A stretch of DNA of 64,000 nucleotides. It comes from Ranitomeya imitator (lineage: Eukaryota). The notes below the pieces were generated by a model. That model was not told the DNA's origin. It did not search any database and saw only the letters and a program-made list of their open reading frames with translations. Position numbers and translations under genes: made by a program. Position 1 is the stretch's first letter; every line of letters starts with the position of its first letter. Location: assembly GCF_032444005.1 (NCBI RefSeq), contig NC_091290.1, positions 130,076,001-130,140,000 of the forward strand, written 5' to 3'. Shown piece after piece: positions 12,215-25,084 of the stretch.

Positions 12215-14085
12215 AACATTATAAGTATAATACATCGGAGCTCCAGGTGCGACAAACATCTGTGGAGAAAATCCAATCTGGCCAAAGATTAAATTCATTA
12301 TAAGTTTATGGTTAAAACATACAACTCTACCTTTCACCTCTCCAAACAAACCTATTTCAATGCCCTCATTACCTCATTATCCAAGAATCCGAAACGTCTT
12401 TTTCACACTTTTCATTCCTTCCTCAATCCAAGAGTATTGGCCCCGACCACCGATCTCAGCATTGACAGTTTGGCCAATTATTTCAAAGAAAAAATTGACC
12501 ATATCCGACAGGAAATTTTCTCCCAATCCCTACATACCATGCACTGTCCTTTCTCCCCACTGTATCTAGCTCACTTTCTGCCTTTGAACCAGTCACAGAA
12601 GAAGAAATGACCAGGCTCCTTGCTTCTTGTCGCCCTACTACTTGTACCATTGACCCTATTCCCTCACATCTCCTCCAGTCCATTTTCCCAACTGTCACCA
12701 TTCACATAACAAAAATATTCAACCTCTCTCTCCTTCAGTATCTTTCCCTTCTCATTTAAACACGCCATCATACATCCATTACTTTAAAAAACATCCCTCA
12801 ACCAAAACTGTGCCACTAACTATAAATCTTCCCTTCGTCTGTAAACTCCTGGAACGCTTGGTCCACTCCTGTCTAATCTGCTATCTCTCAGATCACTCTC
12901 TTCCTCTAGAATCCAGTTTCTGCTCTTTACACTCCACTGAAACTGTCCTCACTAAAGTCTCTAATGATCTACTAACAGCTAATGGTCACTGCTCCTTGCT
13001 GATCCTCCTGGAACTCTCTGCAGCATTTGACACTGTGGATCACTAGCTCCTCCTCACTATGCTCTGCTCCATCGGCCTCAAGGACACCGTTCTCTCCTGG
13101 TTCTCCTACCTCTCTGACCGCTCCTTCACTGTGTCTTTTGCTGGTTCCTCTTCCTCTCCTTTCCCTATTACTGTCGAGGTTCCTCATGGTTCAGTTCACC
13201 TCCTCTTCTCCTTGGGTCCTGGTCCTATTGGACAAACCATCAGTAGATTTGGTTTCCAGTATCATCTCTATGCTGATGACACCAAATTATGCACCTTTAC
13301 TCCTGACATCATGCCTGCATTACTACAAAACACCAGTGATTGTCTTTCCACTGTCTCTAACATCATGTCCTCCCTCTATCTGAAACTGAACCTGTCAAAA
13401 CTGAACTCCCTCCACTAACCTACCTATGCCCGATATTGCCACTTCCATGTGTGGTTCTATCATTATTATTCCCCAGCAACATGCCCGCTATCTTGGGGTC
13501 ATACTTGATTCAGATCTTTCATTCACTCCCTACATCCAATCACTGTCTCTCTCATGTCATCTACACATTTCAAAAACATCTCTATGATTCGACCTTTTCT
13601 TACTTTCAACTCTGCAAAACTCTTACTATTGCTCTTATTCATTCTTATCTGAACTATGGTAACTCTCTACTAATCGGCCTCCCTCTTACCAAACTCTCCC
13701 CTCTCCAATCTGTCTTGAATGCTGCAGCCAGAATCATATTCCTCGCCAACTGTTACACTGATGCCTCCACCTTGTGCCAGTCATTACACTGGTTACCCAT
13801 CCACTCCAGCGTTCAATATAAACTTATCACTCTCAGACACAAAGCGCTCCATGGATCAGCACCACCCTACATCTCCTCCCGCATCTCAGTCCACCACCCT
13901 ACCTGTGCCCTCCAATTTGCTAATGACCTAAGGTTAACATCCTCAATAAGCCAAACCTCCCACTCCCATCTCCAAGACTTCTCGCGTGCTGCGCCAATTC
14001 TTTGGAATACATTACCCAAGACAATTCAAATAATCCCCAATACCCACACCACAATTTTAAGAGTGTCCTAAAATCTAATTTCTTC
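12215..14085 (+). mobile_element. Decayed L2 (CR1/L2 clade) LINE, ORF2 reverse transcriptase region, truncated at both ends
   Basis: Frameshifted ORF pieces carry L2 RT motifs: [61 protein letters not shown]. No 3' tail is present. Confidence 0.93.
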
Positions 14086-15235
14086 CAATGAAAGGTCAGT
14101 GCAACTGCGCACTCCACGCATGCGCTAGCTTAGTATAGGAGCTCAACAAGGCAATTGTGTCACAATATTTTACAAAAAAACACTTTTTTTTGCAGAAATT
14201 GTCATATGGGTCATAGTTCTTCTACTTTCCTCCCTTCATAGCCAGGTGGAGGGATTATTTATCAGACAGCCTGTTATCCCAACCACACTATACATGGCAG
14301 AAAGGGATAAGTTTTATAATGAATGCCCCAGAGGGGTTTTCTTTGCTACTTACTTCCTATATAATCCTTACTGTTTCTTATCTACATATTCAAGAGTCCT
14401 ACAACCCACTGAAGTTTCACAACTCATCACAATTCCAGATTATGCCACCAGTAAAACTTTCTCCGTTTCCCGATAAGGCCGGAGAATTGCTCAGCGACTA
14501 ATTCCATATTTATGAAGGTAGAAAAGTGACCGTGAAGGAGATCTCATATTTACTCCGCCGTGTTTGCATTCATTCATCTGCAGTTTATTTCTAATATTAT
14601 TAATGACTCTCTGCAAAGTGACAAGGGAAAGGTCAGCGCTATCTTCTGATGAGGACTTTGCTACAGTAGTAGAAGAGTGTTTATACTGATTAGATCACGG
14701 ATTAGTGTGTGACAGAAGGTGATGGGCTTTGGCGTAATCTGAGCCTATGTATAGCTAACTATTCCTGAATCTGTGTGATTGGCATAAACGATCGCTTAAC
14801 CCCTGATATGCTATTTTAAGCTAAAATTCACAAAAAGTTTTAAAAAAATAATAATTTAGAGATTTTTTGCTTAACACATGCTATGGATCAGATCTAATAT
14901 ATTTGCTGGGATTTTATATTTTTATTTTTTTATTAAACTTTTAGAACTTTTTTTTGGCAAATTTAGTCTCAATTTATTATTATTATTTTTTTTTTTATAA
15001 AAGTTTCTTCTTGTTTACAGCTTTTTCGGGGTCCCAAACTTAGATAAGAAAAAAATGTTAAATTAATTTTTAATATATAGACCAAAAAATTTTGTTTGAT
15101 TTTGTCTTTATAGGTTGATATGGAAATCTGAGCTCCTACCAAAGATCCAGATAGAATAAGAATTACAATAAAAAAGGGATATCGAGATAAGAGATATAAA
15201 AATATGTATAAAATAGAGTGCAGTGTTTAACGAGT

Positions 15236-16352
15236 GACCGCCGTTTTCATTTTTAGTCCATAAATCAGTAGTATACATGAAAATAAGTTTGTAATATATC
15301 TTATCAGAGAAATCTGCATCTTTCTCTGTCAGGACTGATTCATTATCAAGATTCTCAATTGACAGGAAAAATCTATATTCAGTGAGATAGGAGATGACAG
15401 TTGGTGCTCATAAGATTGTATGTAGATGGGAGGAGTTGAGAGAGGAGGTGGAGCTAGAGGCAGAGCCCCTCCCATCTACATAGAATCTCATCCGTTCCTA
15501 CTGTCATCTCCTATCTTAGTAATATAACGATCTGTTATGATTGTGCAACAACTCTCATGTGAAAATAGGTGAAACACTGAAAAACTGCGACTAACCCAGT
15601 CGATTCCCATACAGAATAGAGATTCTGACTCTGCAGTCCCTAGCGGTTCCTACATGGGCCGGAATAGCCCTATCAACAGAGTAAACAATGGCAGCTTGGA
15701 CCTATGATCCCTGAAAGGCCGTCAAGCGTTTCATGTTCCTCCTAAGGAACCATAGGGCAGAGCAGAGTGGAAATTGCTCACAGAAGGGAAAGTGTGCTGA
15801 AATAGAAAAAGATCCCAGAGTGAGTAAAACAAACCACAAAATATAACATGAAAAGATATGATATGTACTGTTAGAGAATATGCCACCTACTACCTAAACA
15901 AGTAACAGAACATAGGTGAAAAGCATAAACAGCAGTGTGATAAACCCTAGCTGGTCTTTCACTAAACAACAGCAGTATTATTGGACATTCAAATGAGACT
16001 ATCACCAGCAGAAAATACCAGCAGGGGGTAAGTATATAAAACTGCTCCCGAAAAGTGATTGGGCAGAAAAATGAATAGACGATAACACATGTTAACCTAA
16101 AAAGACTAAAGCAAGGATAACAGACAATAAACGCCTAAAGAAAAGGTGTATCTGCTGTGGCTCAGCGGACAGAGAAGCCAAGCACAAAGCACAGGCATAA
16201 GGGTCCTAATCCATATGCATCACACTATCTGTCTACACTGCTCAGTTCAGTAGGAGACAGGAAAGAAGCCAATTTCTCTGATAAGATATATTACAAGGTT
16301 TCTTATATTCACATGCATTATTGATTTTGAAAACAAAAATGACGGTTACTCT
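15236..16352. mobile_element. Foldback MITE with ~90-bp imperfect terminal inverted repeats, split by a nested solo LTR
   Basis: TTGTAATATATCTTATCAGAGAAAT (~15290-15315) is inverted relative to ATTTCTCTGATAAGATATATTACAA (~16272-16296), with similarity extending to the flanking termini. Confidence 0.6.
15533..16224. mobile_element. Gypsy-type solo LTR (692 bp)
   Basis: TGTTATG...CATCACA termini; 5-bp flanks CGATC (15528-15532) and CTATC (16225-16229), 4/5 identical. Confidence 0.6.
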
Positions 16353-17085
16353 GTAAGTCAACGTTCTGGCTCACAGCCATGGAAGATCAGATCATAGAAT
16401 GATGCACATTAGTAATAATTAAACAATGCATAATGCAAAATATAAACAATCATTAGTTTAGAAGAACTGTTAAAATACATTATAGAATCTGTTTTTTTGT
16501 GAGTACATACTATCTAGAAGACATCAACATTCTCACTGTCTGTAGGCCTAAGTGGTTTCTTCAGCTGAAATTAACAAAATTTGATTTTATAAAGCTGGTA
16601 TATAGCTGGGATCTAACTAGTAATATAGCAGGTATTTTTGTTTAACCCATCAATTACTTACAAGTTGTCTCATTGATGGAAGCAACAATTAATCATTAGA
16701 GTATGCTTGGTTGCCATTGAATCGAGATACCAAATATTTTCTGATCTGAACAGATAGTCTTAGGGCAGAGACAGACTGCCGTATTTCTCGTGCAAGAATC
16801 GCATTGTAAAGCTGGTGCTGGCTGTTTGCTCTCCTGTCCTGAGCTTGACAGCTGCATAGAAATACATCACACTGTCTTGCTCAGGTAAGGATAGGTGCTA
16901 GGCCAGTCTGTGCAGTGCGATGCGATCCTCACATGAGTTATACAGCCATCTGACTCAGCCCTTAAATGGATTGTTGGGTTTGAGCAATTCATTCTTTTCA
17001 GCTGGCCCTACACACTCGATGGCTGTTGGCCAAATAATCGACCAGTGAATTGATCAGCTGATAGTCATCTCCGCTGACTTTCCTA

Positions 17086-18013
17086 TACACAGGAGCATTC
17101 ATTTGGTCGAGTGGATCTTGCCTGGGCTGCAATCCATCTGCTCAGAAACATAGGACAATGGGCTGCTATGTGTCCAGGACCGTGACACCACCAGCAGATC
17201 AGGTCTTTAGCAGGAGCCTTTGATAGCCCCTCAGCAGCTCCATGAGACCTTGGGCTCCCCCCACTGGTCTCTCTGTTACCCCTCTTTTGGGACTCGGACT
17301 CCCGCTGGGTATTCCAGTATGGAGATGTACCACCCTCTGGCTTCCTCTGGGACATCTCAACCACCTGGTACCTTTCTACGAGGACCACCAGTTCATTCGC
17401 ATTTCGTTAGTCTCATTGGGCAACCCAGGTCTGAACTGCCCTGGGGAGAGAATGAATAAATTGGTCCATGATGACCAGCTTGACCATCTGGGCTGGAGTG
17501 GAGCACTCAGGCTGCAGCCATTTTTGGACCAAATACAACAAGTCAAACATTTGTGATACGTCCAGTGATGAACCCTTTGGGCTCTGACAGACACCGTGAC
17601 CCCTGATCATGCCAATATCCTAGTTTTTAACTTGGCATATTCCCAGGTATCCTACAAGTCCAAGTCAAAATAGGCTTTCTAGGGTTCACCTGTCAGATAG
17701 GTGGCCAGCATCTCCGTCCATTGCTCTCCCGTTCTGCAACCTCTCCCGCTCCGCAACCCATTCAAAAACAGTCAGGAAAGCCTCTATATCATCCCCTGGG
17801 GTCATCTTTTGCATGGCTCATCTTAATGCTTCCCGGATGCACAAGTCATCACCTTGATGTGAGAGAGGGGCGGTTTCTCTGCTGCGGACCTCTCCCATCA
17901 GGAGTTCCATCTGCTTTTGCTGCTGCTGTTTCTGTGGCATTAGGAGCTTATTTGTCTCTTGCTGTACCGGGTGCTGTTACTGCTGGCTTGAGGTGCTTGA
18001 GTAGCTCATCCAT
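17086..18013 (-). pseudogene. Gmr1-like Gypsy gag pseudogene with SCAN-like domain and CCHC zinc knuckle
   Basis: ATG at 18013 (MDELLKHL), then MQKMTPGDDIEAFLTVFEWVAERE...YLTGEP*KAYFDL...VRAQRVHHW / SQMFDLLYLVQKWLQPECSTPAQMVKLVIMDQFIHSLPRAVQTWV (SCAN-like) and CWWCHGPGHIAAHCP. Multiple stops and frameshifts. Confidence 0.85.
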
Positions 18014-18051
18014 TTTGTCTGACCGCTGCTCCTTCTCCGTAACTGCCTTAA

Positions 18052-19328
18052 CCCCTTCACGACATGCCCCGTACTAGTACGGCGCATGTCGTGTCTCCCC
18101 CTTTGATGTGGGCTCCGGCGGTGAGCCCACATCAAAGTCGCGACATGTCAGCTGTTTTGTACAGCTGACATGTGCGCGCAATAGCGGCGGGTGAAATCGC
18201 TATTCACCCACCGCTATTAACCTGTTAAATGCCGCTGTCAAACGCAGACAGCGGCATTTAACCAGCGCTTCCGGTCGGGCGGCCGGAAATGATGTCATCG
18301 CCAACCCCCGTCACATGATCGGGGGTCGGCGATGCATCAGGAAGGTAACTATAGAGGTCCTTGAGACCTCTATGGTTACTGATGCCGGCCTGCTGTGAGC
18401 GCCCCCCTGTGGTCGGCGCTCACAGCACACCTGCATTTCAGCTACATAGCAGCGGTCTGATGATCGCTGCTATGTAGCAGAGACGATCAGACTATGCCAG
18501 CTTCTAGCCTCCCATGGAGGCTATTGAAGCATGGCACAAGTAAAAAAAAAATGTTTTTAAAAATATGAAAAAAATATAAAAAATATAAAAGTTTAAATCA
18601 CCCCCCTTTCGACCCATCCTAAATAAAACAATTAAAAAATAAAAAAACTACACGTATTTGGTATCGCCGTGTTCAGAATCGCCCGATCTATCAATTAAAA
18701 AAAGCATTAACCTGATCGCTTAACAGCGTAGCGAGAAAAAAATCCGAAACGCCAGAATTACGTTTTTTTGGTCGCCGTGACATTGCATTAAAATGCAATA
18801 ACGGGCGATCAAAAGAAAGTATCTGCACTGAAATGGTAACATTAAAAACATCAGCTCGGCACGCAAAAAATAAGCCCTCACCCGACCCCAGATCACGAAA
18901 AATGGAGACACTTCGGGTATCGGAAAATGGCACTTTTTTTTTTTATTTAAGCAAAGTTTTGAATTTTTTTTCACCACTTGGATAAAAAATAACCTAGACA
19001 TGTTTGGTGTCTATGAACTCGTAATGACCTAGAGAATCATAATGGCAGGTCAGTTTTAGCATTTAGTGAACCTAGCAAAAAAGCCAAACAAAAAACAAGT
19101 GTGGGATTGCACTTTTTTTGCAATTTCACCGCACTTGGAATTTTTTTCCCGTTTTCTAGTAAAAGACATGGTAAAACCAATGGTGTCGTTCAAAAGTACA
19201 ACTCGTCCCACAAAAAATAAGCCCTCACATGGCCATATTGATGGAAAAATAAAAAAGTTATAGCTCTGGGAAGGAGGGAAGTGAAAAATGAAAACGCAAA
19301 AACGAAAAAGGGCCGCGACTTGAAGGGG
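18052..19328. mobile_element. Full-length non-autonomous piggyBac-type DNA transposon (1277 bp)
   Basis: TTAA|CCCCTTCACGAC at 18048-18063 and GACTTGAAGGGG|TTAA ending 19332: TTAA duplication with CCCC/GGGG termini, and no transposase ORF. Confidence 0.85.
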
Positions 19329-19332
19329 TTAA

Positions 19333-19625
19333 AAGGAATCCGTCACCCCCAAAATTCACCTATAAGCTAAGGCCACCAGCATCAGGGGCTTATCTATAGC
19401 ATTCTGTAATGCTGTAGATAAGCCCCCGATTTAACCTGAAAGAGAAGAAAAACAAGTTAGATTATACTCACCCAGGGGCGGTCCTGGTGTGGTCCGGCCC
19501 GATGGGCGTTATGGTCCGGGGCCTCCCATCTTCATATGATGATGTCCTTTTCTTTGCTTCTTGCCATGGCTCCTGCGCAGGCGTACTTTATCTGCCCTGT
19601 TGAGGGCAGAGCAAAGTACTGCAGG
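19333..19625. mobile_element. Truncated T2/Kolobok-type MITE end
   Basis: TTAA followed by AAGGAATCCGTCACCCCCAAAA, an AGGG-type terminus also seen at 52174; the other end was not found. Confidence 0.5.
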
Positions 19626-19872
19626 ATTGGGTGCATTATATGACCAGGCGACAAAACTTTTGTCTTGCCAAATTCTGACCATTCTGTGTCCATTAACTGA
19701 TCCATATTTCTGGATTGATTCCAATTTATTTTCTTAGCCTAAACCACATTTCGGAGGGTTTGAGCTTTCAAAAGAATAATTTATACAACCAATGGATGAA
19801 TTTAACGTCAGGTTATAAGCTTTTATTTACATTACATGGATAGGCGACAGGACTTCTGTCAGGGAGTGTATA

Positions 19873-19887
19873 TCTATATATACTGTG

Positions 19888-19949
<62 letters not shown>
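19873..19949. repeat. (TA)n microsatellite
   Basis: Direct read. Confidence 0.95.
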
Positions 19950-20315
19950 GGATGGGCCATTTATACGGATACACCTGAAATAAAATAGAAATGGTTGGTG
20001 ATATCAACTTCCTGCTTGTGGCACATTAGTATATGGGAGGGGGAAAACTTTTCAAGATGAGTGGTGAACACATTTTATAAGTGGTCATAAACTTGTAAAT
20101 AACTCATGAAAGAATAAAGTTACGTTAAAGCCAAGCATGCCATTGTTTTTCTTGTGAAATTCTCAATAAGTTTGATGTGTTTCATGACCCTCTTCCCATT
20201 AGAAAAAATAAAGTCGGATCCAAAATGGCCAACTTCAAAATGGCCGCCATGGTCACCACCCATCTTGAAAAGTTTTCGCCCTCCCATATACTAATGTGCC
20301 ACAAACAGGAAGTAT
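19949..20315. mobile_element. Tc1/mariner-type MITE remnant between TA repeats
   Basis: Degenerate GGATGGGCCATTTATACGGATACACC terminus. Internal inverted repeat: CTTCCTGCTTGTGGCACATTAGTATATGGGAGG (~20009-20041) vs CCTCCCATATACTAATGTGCCACAAACAGGAAG (~20279-20311). (TA)n lies on both sides. Confidence 0.55.
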
Positions 20316-20562
20316 ATATATATATATATATTTTTTTTTTTGTCTAGGAAGGTAGAGCAGATTTGTTTATGAGTAAATATCACAGGATATCGCTGCTCGT
20401 CTGTTACATTTACACATGGTTTTTGTTTGCATGTTTAACTTTAAAAATAAATGAAATAAATATCTCTCAAAAGTACGTTGAAGCATTCATGTCATTTCTG
20501 TTAGAATTGGCGGAATGCACCGAGGATATATATATGTATAAATAGGTGCGTTCGCAACCTGG

Positions 20563-21165
20563 GGTCCACTGTGAAGGAGAGGAACCTGCTGCTGGCAAAT
20601 GGCGGCGCTATATGGCGGTATAAGTGAACTCTGTTAACTCCACAGAGTTACTAGAAATAAGATGCTGTGCCCTGTTAGCGTCACAGGGGAACACAGCTAA
20701 CTGCTGAGCTGGAGGCAGTCAGTGGTCACGCACCCAGAAAAGCACAAAAAAATTCCTCACCGGAGGTGCCGGTATTCTAGGGGCTTATTTCACGTGGGTC
20801 ACTGAATACACACATACAGGCGCAACCACAAATAAACAAGCTCATGACATGAGGTGATACTAGCACATGGCCGTGCGGCCATGCAAACCTTTTATAGCTG
20901 CAGCAGCTTCAGGACCTTCCTAGGGAACCAATGGAAGTTGCTACAGTATCTGAGCAACTACAGGACCTTCCTAGAGGATCAATGATAGCTGCTGCAGTAC
21001 CTGAGCATGTGACCCCTCCCCTCCAATCAGAGGTCTTACCTTGGGCATGCTCAGTGTGTGCAAAGCAGGACTTAGTCCCAGAAACCGCAGACCAGTGCAG
21101 GCTACAACAGCAGAGCCTGGAAAGGCAGCAGTAACCCTTTGCACAGTATCAGACTAAGCTATGTT
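20563..21165 (-). mobile_element. Truncated LTR remnant of the same family as 54384-55309
   Basis: Shares GGTGCGTTCGCA.CC.GGGGTCCA, TACTAGCACATGGCCGTGCGGCCATGC and AAAGCAGGACTTAGTCCCAGAAAC with the 54-55 kb solo LTR; termini are missing. Confidence 0.8.
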
Positions 21166-22760
21166 TATGCCTTTTTCTTTCACTCTACTTCTCACTATTT
21201 ATCATAGAACATGCTACTCTATCTTTTCCAGTAAAATGGCAAACATCTTGAGGGACAACTAACAGACTTCACTGTAGTTAATGGAAAATACTTGGTTCCA
21301 TTTATCATATTTAATCGTATTACTTAAGCAACTTCTTCTCAATTGCTATGTTTCCCCCTTGTAAAATAATGACACTTGTAGTCACCTGTGGTTCTGGTAC
21401 TGTTCCATTAATATCACCAATGGCTCTCCCAGGGATGGCATGACATTGTTATATCATGTGATTACTGCAGCCAATTAGCGCTGACTTTAGATTCCCTGTC
21501 TTTGGATGCATCACTTACATCCGTAAGAAGTGAGAGAGCAGCTGTATTTCTCACTTCCTCCGAATGTACGTGATGTGTCCAAACATGGGGACAGTGAAGC
21601 CAACATGGATTGGCAGCAGGGATCACCTGACATAAGAATGTCATGCAATCCCTGGGAGAAGCAGTGCCTACACTGGCACCGGAGTTGAGTATAGTGTTAT
21701 TTTACAAGGCGGAAATATACCGTAGTTATTAACAATGGGTTGTCCAAGTAGTGGACAACCCCTTTAATAATCATAGTGTTCCAAATGCTAGCACTATTGA
21801 CTTTCTACATTGGAATTTAGGTTTGTATCCAACCCAGGACAGCATTTACATGGCATTTGTATGTTTTCTCTTTGTATGGGCTTCCCCCCAGGCAACAAAA
21901 AGTAAACTATGAGGTTAATTGGTTTCCTATTAATCTGACCCAAGCATATGTTTAAAATAAGCAAACGTTGACAGTTTGTGCCACGATATTGGGAATGGGT
22001 AAAAAAAACTCAACTGTTAAAAAAATAATTATATTGGTCAAAAAGCCTCTAAGATTGAACACATTTTATGGGCACATGCAGTAACGTAAGCATCTTCTTG
22101 GGTTAGTCATGAAATCAGTAGAAACTGGGTGTAAATGCTAAATAAAATGTAAATGAAATGATGAAATCACAGTAATTGTATTGAAAACTTCATAAACTCT
22201 ACTGCAGTATTATGTTACCATACACTGTAGCTGATCGACTATTGTGGTCACTGATTTCTGCTCCTTGTTTGAGAAGTAAAGACATAACAATCCTGATGTG
22301 TTGCAGAACAAAGTGGAACGAGACATTAGTCAGCATCTGCTCACTCCCCACCGAGTCCCGGTGCTATGGAAAGTGCCATTAAAATCCCGAGAATGCAATT
22401 AGTGCCGAAGGCTGAGTAAACGGACCACACCTGACTATTTATATGGGGACAGGGTCCTAGATTACTTGAAGGAATTCCTCAAAACTTTCCTTTAAGCCAG
22501 ATCTAAACTGTTTATGATATCTTTGAAACTAAGAATAGAAAGGAAGAAGTTGCAAGAAGGAATCTTCCAAATAGAGATATGGTTCCTTTTACGAAATGGA
22601 TGGAACTTGTCTTGCGTCTCGTCTCCCGGTCCTGACTAATTGAGAGTAGTCTAAAACCAAAGTCACTTGAATTCGACCTGTAGATTCGGTTCCGTCCAAA
22701 CAAATTCAGTCCAAAGCTAAATATATGCCATTTGCCACAAAGAAGGGGTTAAAACAACAT

Positions 22761-23349
22761 AGTAGAAGAAGAACCCTTACACTTACCCTATTTCACCTAT
22801 TCTTGTTCCCTACTACCGGAGATCTCCAGTTCTTCACATGGGTCTTTTCCTCTTCTGTCCTTCGCAATAGAGACCCTTTGAGGCAAATCACAAACCTCAG
22901 ATTGACCTCACATGCCGGAATGGAGGTAGAACAGAAGACCGTTATAGGGAACCGGGCACAAGAACGATTGAGGATAGCTGGATGAGAAGGTGCTTGAATG
23001 AATGGAAGCGGTAGAGTAGAAATGAGTTCATCCATCGTGGACTTATAGTAGAAGTAGACTTATAGTAGAAGAAAAACCCTTATACTCACCCAATTTCACC
23101 TATTCTGGTTCATTACTACCGGAGATCTCCAGTTCTTCACATGGGTCTTTTCCTCTTCTGTCCTTCGCAATAGAGACCCTTTGAGGCAAATCACAGACCT
23201 CAGATTAACCTCACATGCCGGAATGGAGGAAGAACAGAAGACCGTTATAGGCAACCAGGCACAAGAACAGTTGAGGATAGCTGGATGAGAAGGTTCTTGA
23301 ATGAATGGAAGCGGTAGAGTAGAAATGAGTTCATCCATTGTGGACTTAT
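22761..23349. repeat. Local tandem duplication of a ~290-bp block (22761-23047 and ~23064-23349)
   Basis: Near-identical paired ORFs 22793-23035 and 23096-23362; the DNA is about 90% identical by eye. Confidence 0.93.
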
Positions 23350-23606
23350 CGATTTTTCCCAAAAAGTTTGAGTCTTCTCAATCAAAAACAATTCTTAGAG
23401 GTCAGTTTTGAAAAATTCTGCTCAATTAATTGAGGCCGAAAAAAGTTTATAATATCAAGAATCTAGATTTTAGAACCTTTCTTTGCCCCAATGAATTTAG
23501 CAGAATTTTACGAAATTGACTCTTACGAATTGTTTTTGATTGAGAAGACTCAAACTTTTGGGGAAAATTCGATAAGTTCACGATGAATTAACTCATATCT
23601 ACTCTA
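23315..23606. mobile_element. Foldback MITE (TAGA..TGAG hAT-like terminus) with ~85-bp inverted arms
   Basis: AAAGTTTGAGTCTTCTCAATCAAAAACAATTC (~23363-23394) is inverted relative to GAATTGTTTTTGATTGAGAAGACTCAAACTTT (~23528-23559). No TSD was resolved. Confidence 0.6.
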
Positions 23607-25084
23607 ACTCTTCTGTTGATTTTGATAGCTGGTAGCTGTTGACTGGTCATGCTGAGATATTTAGTTCCCCGGCAGTCAATGCCCTTGTAGTTGCCTAAAC
23701 TTTTTTTTTTTTTTAGCAGCAACTAGAATAGAAGCATCAAGAAGACATAAAAGAAGTATTTACCAGCTCCTGCATTCACAAACATCTCAGAGCCTCAGGA
23801 CTAAACAACGTGTCAAGAAACAGCTTCCATTGACAGGCATTTTATTCCTTCTGTGACAGTTTCAACTATGAACAGAAATGAAGGACAGAAATCTGTTGCC
23901 ATCATTTCATGGCTGTCAGCCCTGGCAGCCGAGAGGTATATCTTACGATAACACACGGCCCGGAAATTTTCTTTCATGTGTTGGACCATACTTTCCATCA
24001 TTATTCATTCCTAACCTATGCACGGCGAAAGAAAAAAAAAAATAAGAGAACTGGAACAGCGACAAAGTTTATTACCAAACACTGGACTTCTTGACGGGAG
24101 CCACAACTCACAGAGATAGCTAGGTTTTTGCCTCTGGGGAAGTATTTGTAATCTAGAGTTGTTGTAGTCATTACAGAGATTAAGCATTGCCCTTAACATT
24201 TGACAAATACTATTTGTTTCCTTCCGTATGCTGGCAGTGGGCAGAATATCATGTAAGGATCCGCTATTATTTTACCAGCTCATTCAAAAAAGAAATGTAG
24301 CAGCTAGACATGATGTAACTTCAACTATCAGCATTCGCGGAGTATGTGGACACAGTATCTGTAGCCTTTTGTTTCTGCTTTATGTTTACTGTTTCTGTAA
24401 AAAAAATTAAGGAAGCAGTAGCGGAAGAGTGTGCTGATTTTGGGGAGCAAGTGACCTGTTTAAACTTAGAATTATATAAGGTTAAGGCAACATGTGAAAA
24501 AGAGGTAGGTAATATTTTATGAAGTGGGCAGAGGGTAGTATACCGTGTAAAAAATTAGGCCATTATGGAGGCAAAAGAATGGCATGAAGATCTGTTAACA
24601 TATTTAAAGAGATGGCTCTAAGTGACAGGCTAAGTGAAGGTGAAAATACAAAAACAAATGTACGTTAAAGTGGTTATCCAGGACTATTTAATTTCTTCAC
24701 TATGGGCTTAAGATCTAACAGGCAGGTGATTAACTAACTACCTGCCTGTTGTGCCCGTCACAAATTTTTGCTGGCGCAGAGCTGTCACAGACCGCTCCTG
24801 TCGGCGATTCAGTGACTTCAACTTCCGTCAAGTAGACAAAGAAGAGGCTCCTCTTCCACTCTGCCCTGGTGATGGAGCGTGACAGCCAATGTCATGCTGA
24901 TAGACAGTCAGCTCCCTGCTGCCTAGCTGAACTCGCCTGTGTTCCAGATGTTAGATATGCAAATCGCCCCTTCAGAGAGGAAGAGGACTTCAACTCCAGT
25001 GCCACCTACGGCAAGTAATAATCCTAAAAGTTAACATCAACGCTTTAAAGAGACTTGCCACATGATCTAGGATAAATGCTAAAC

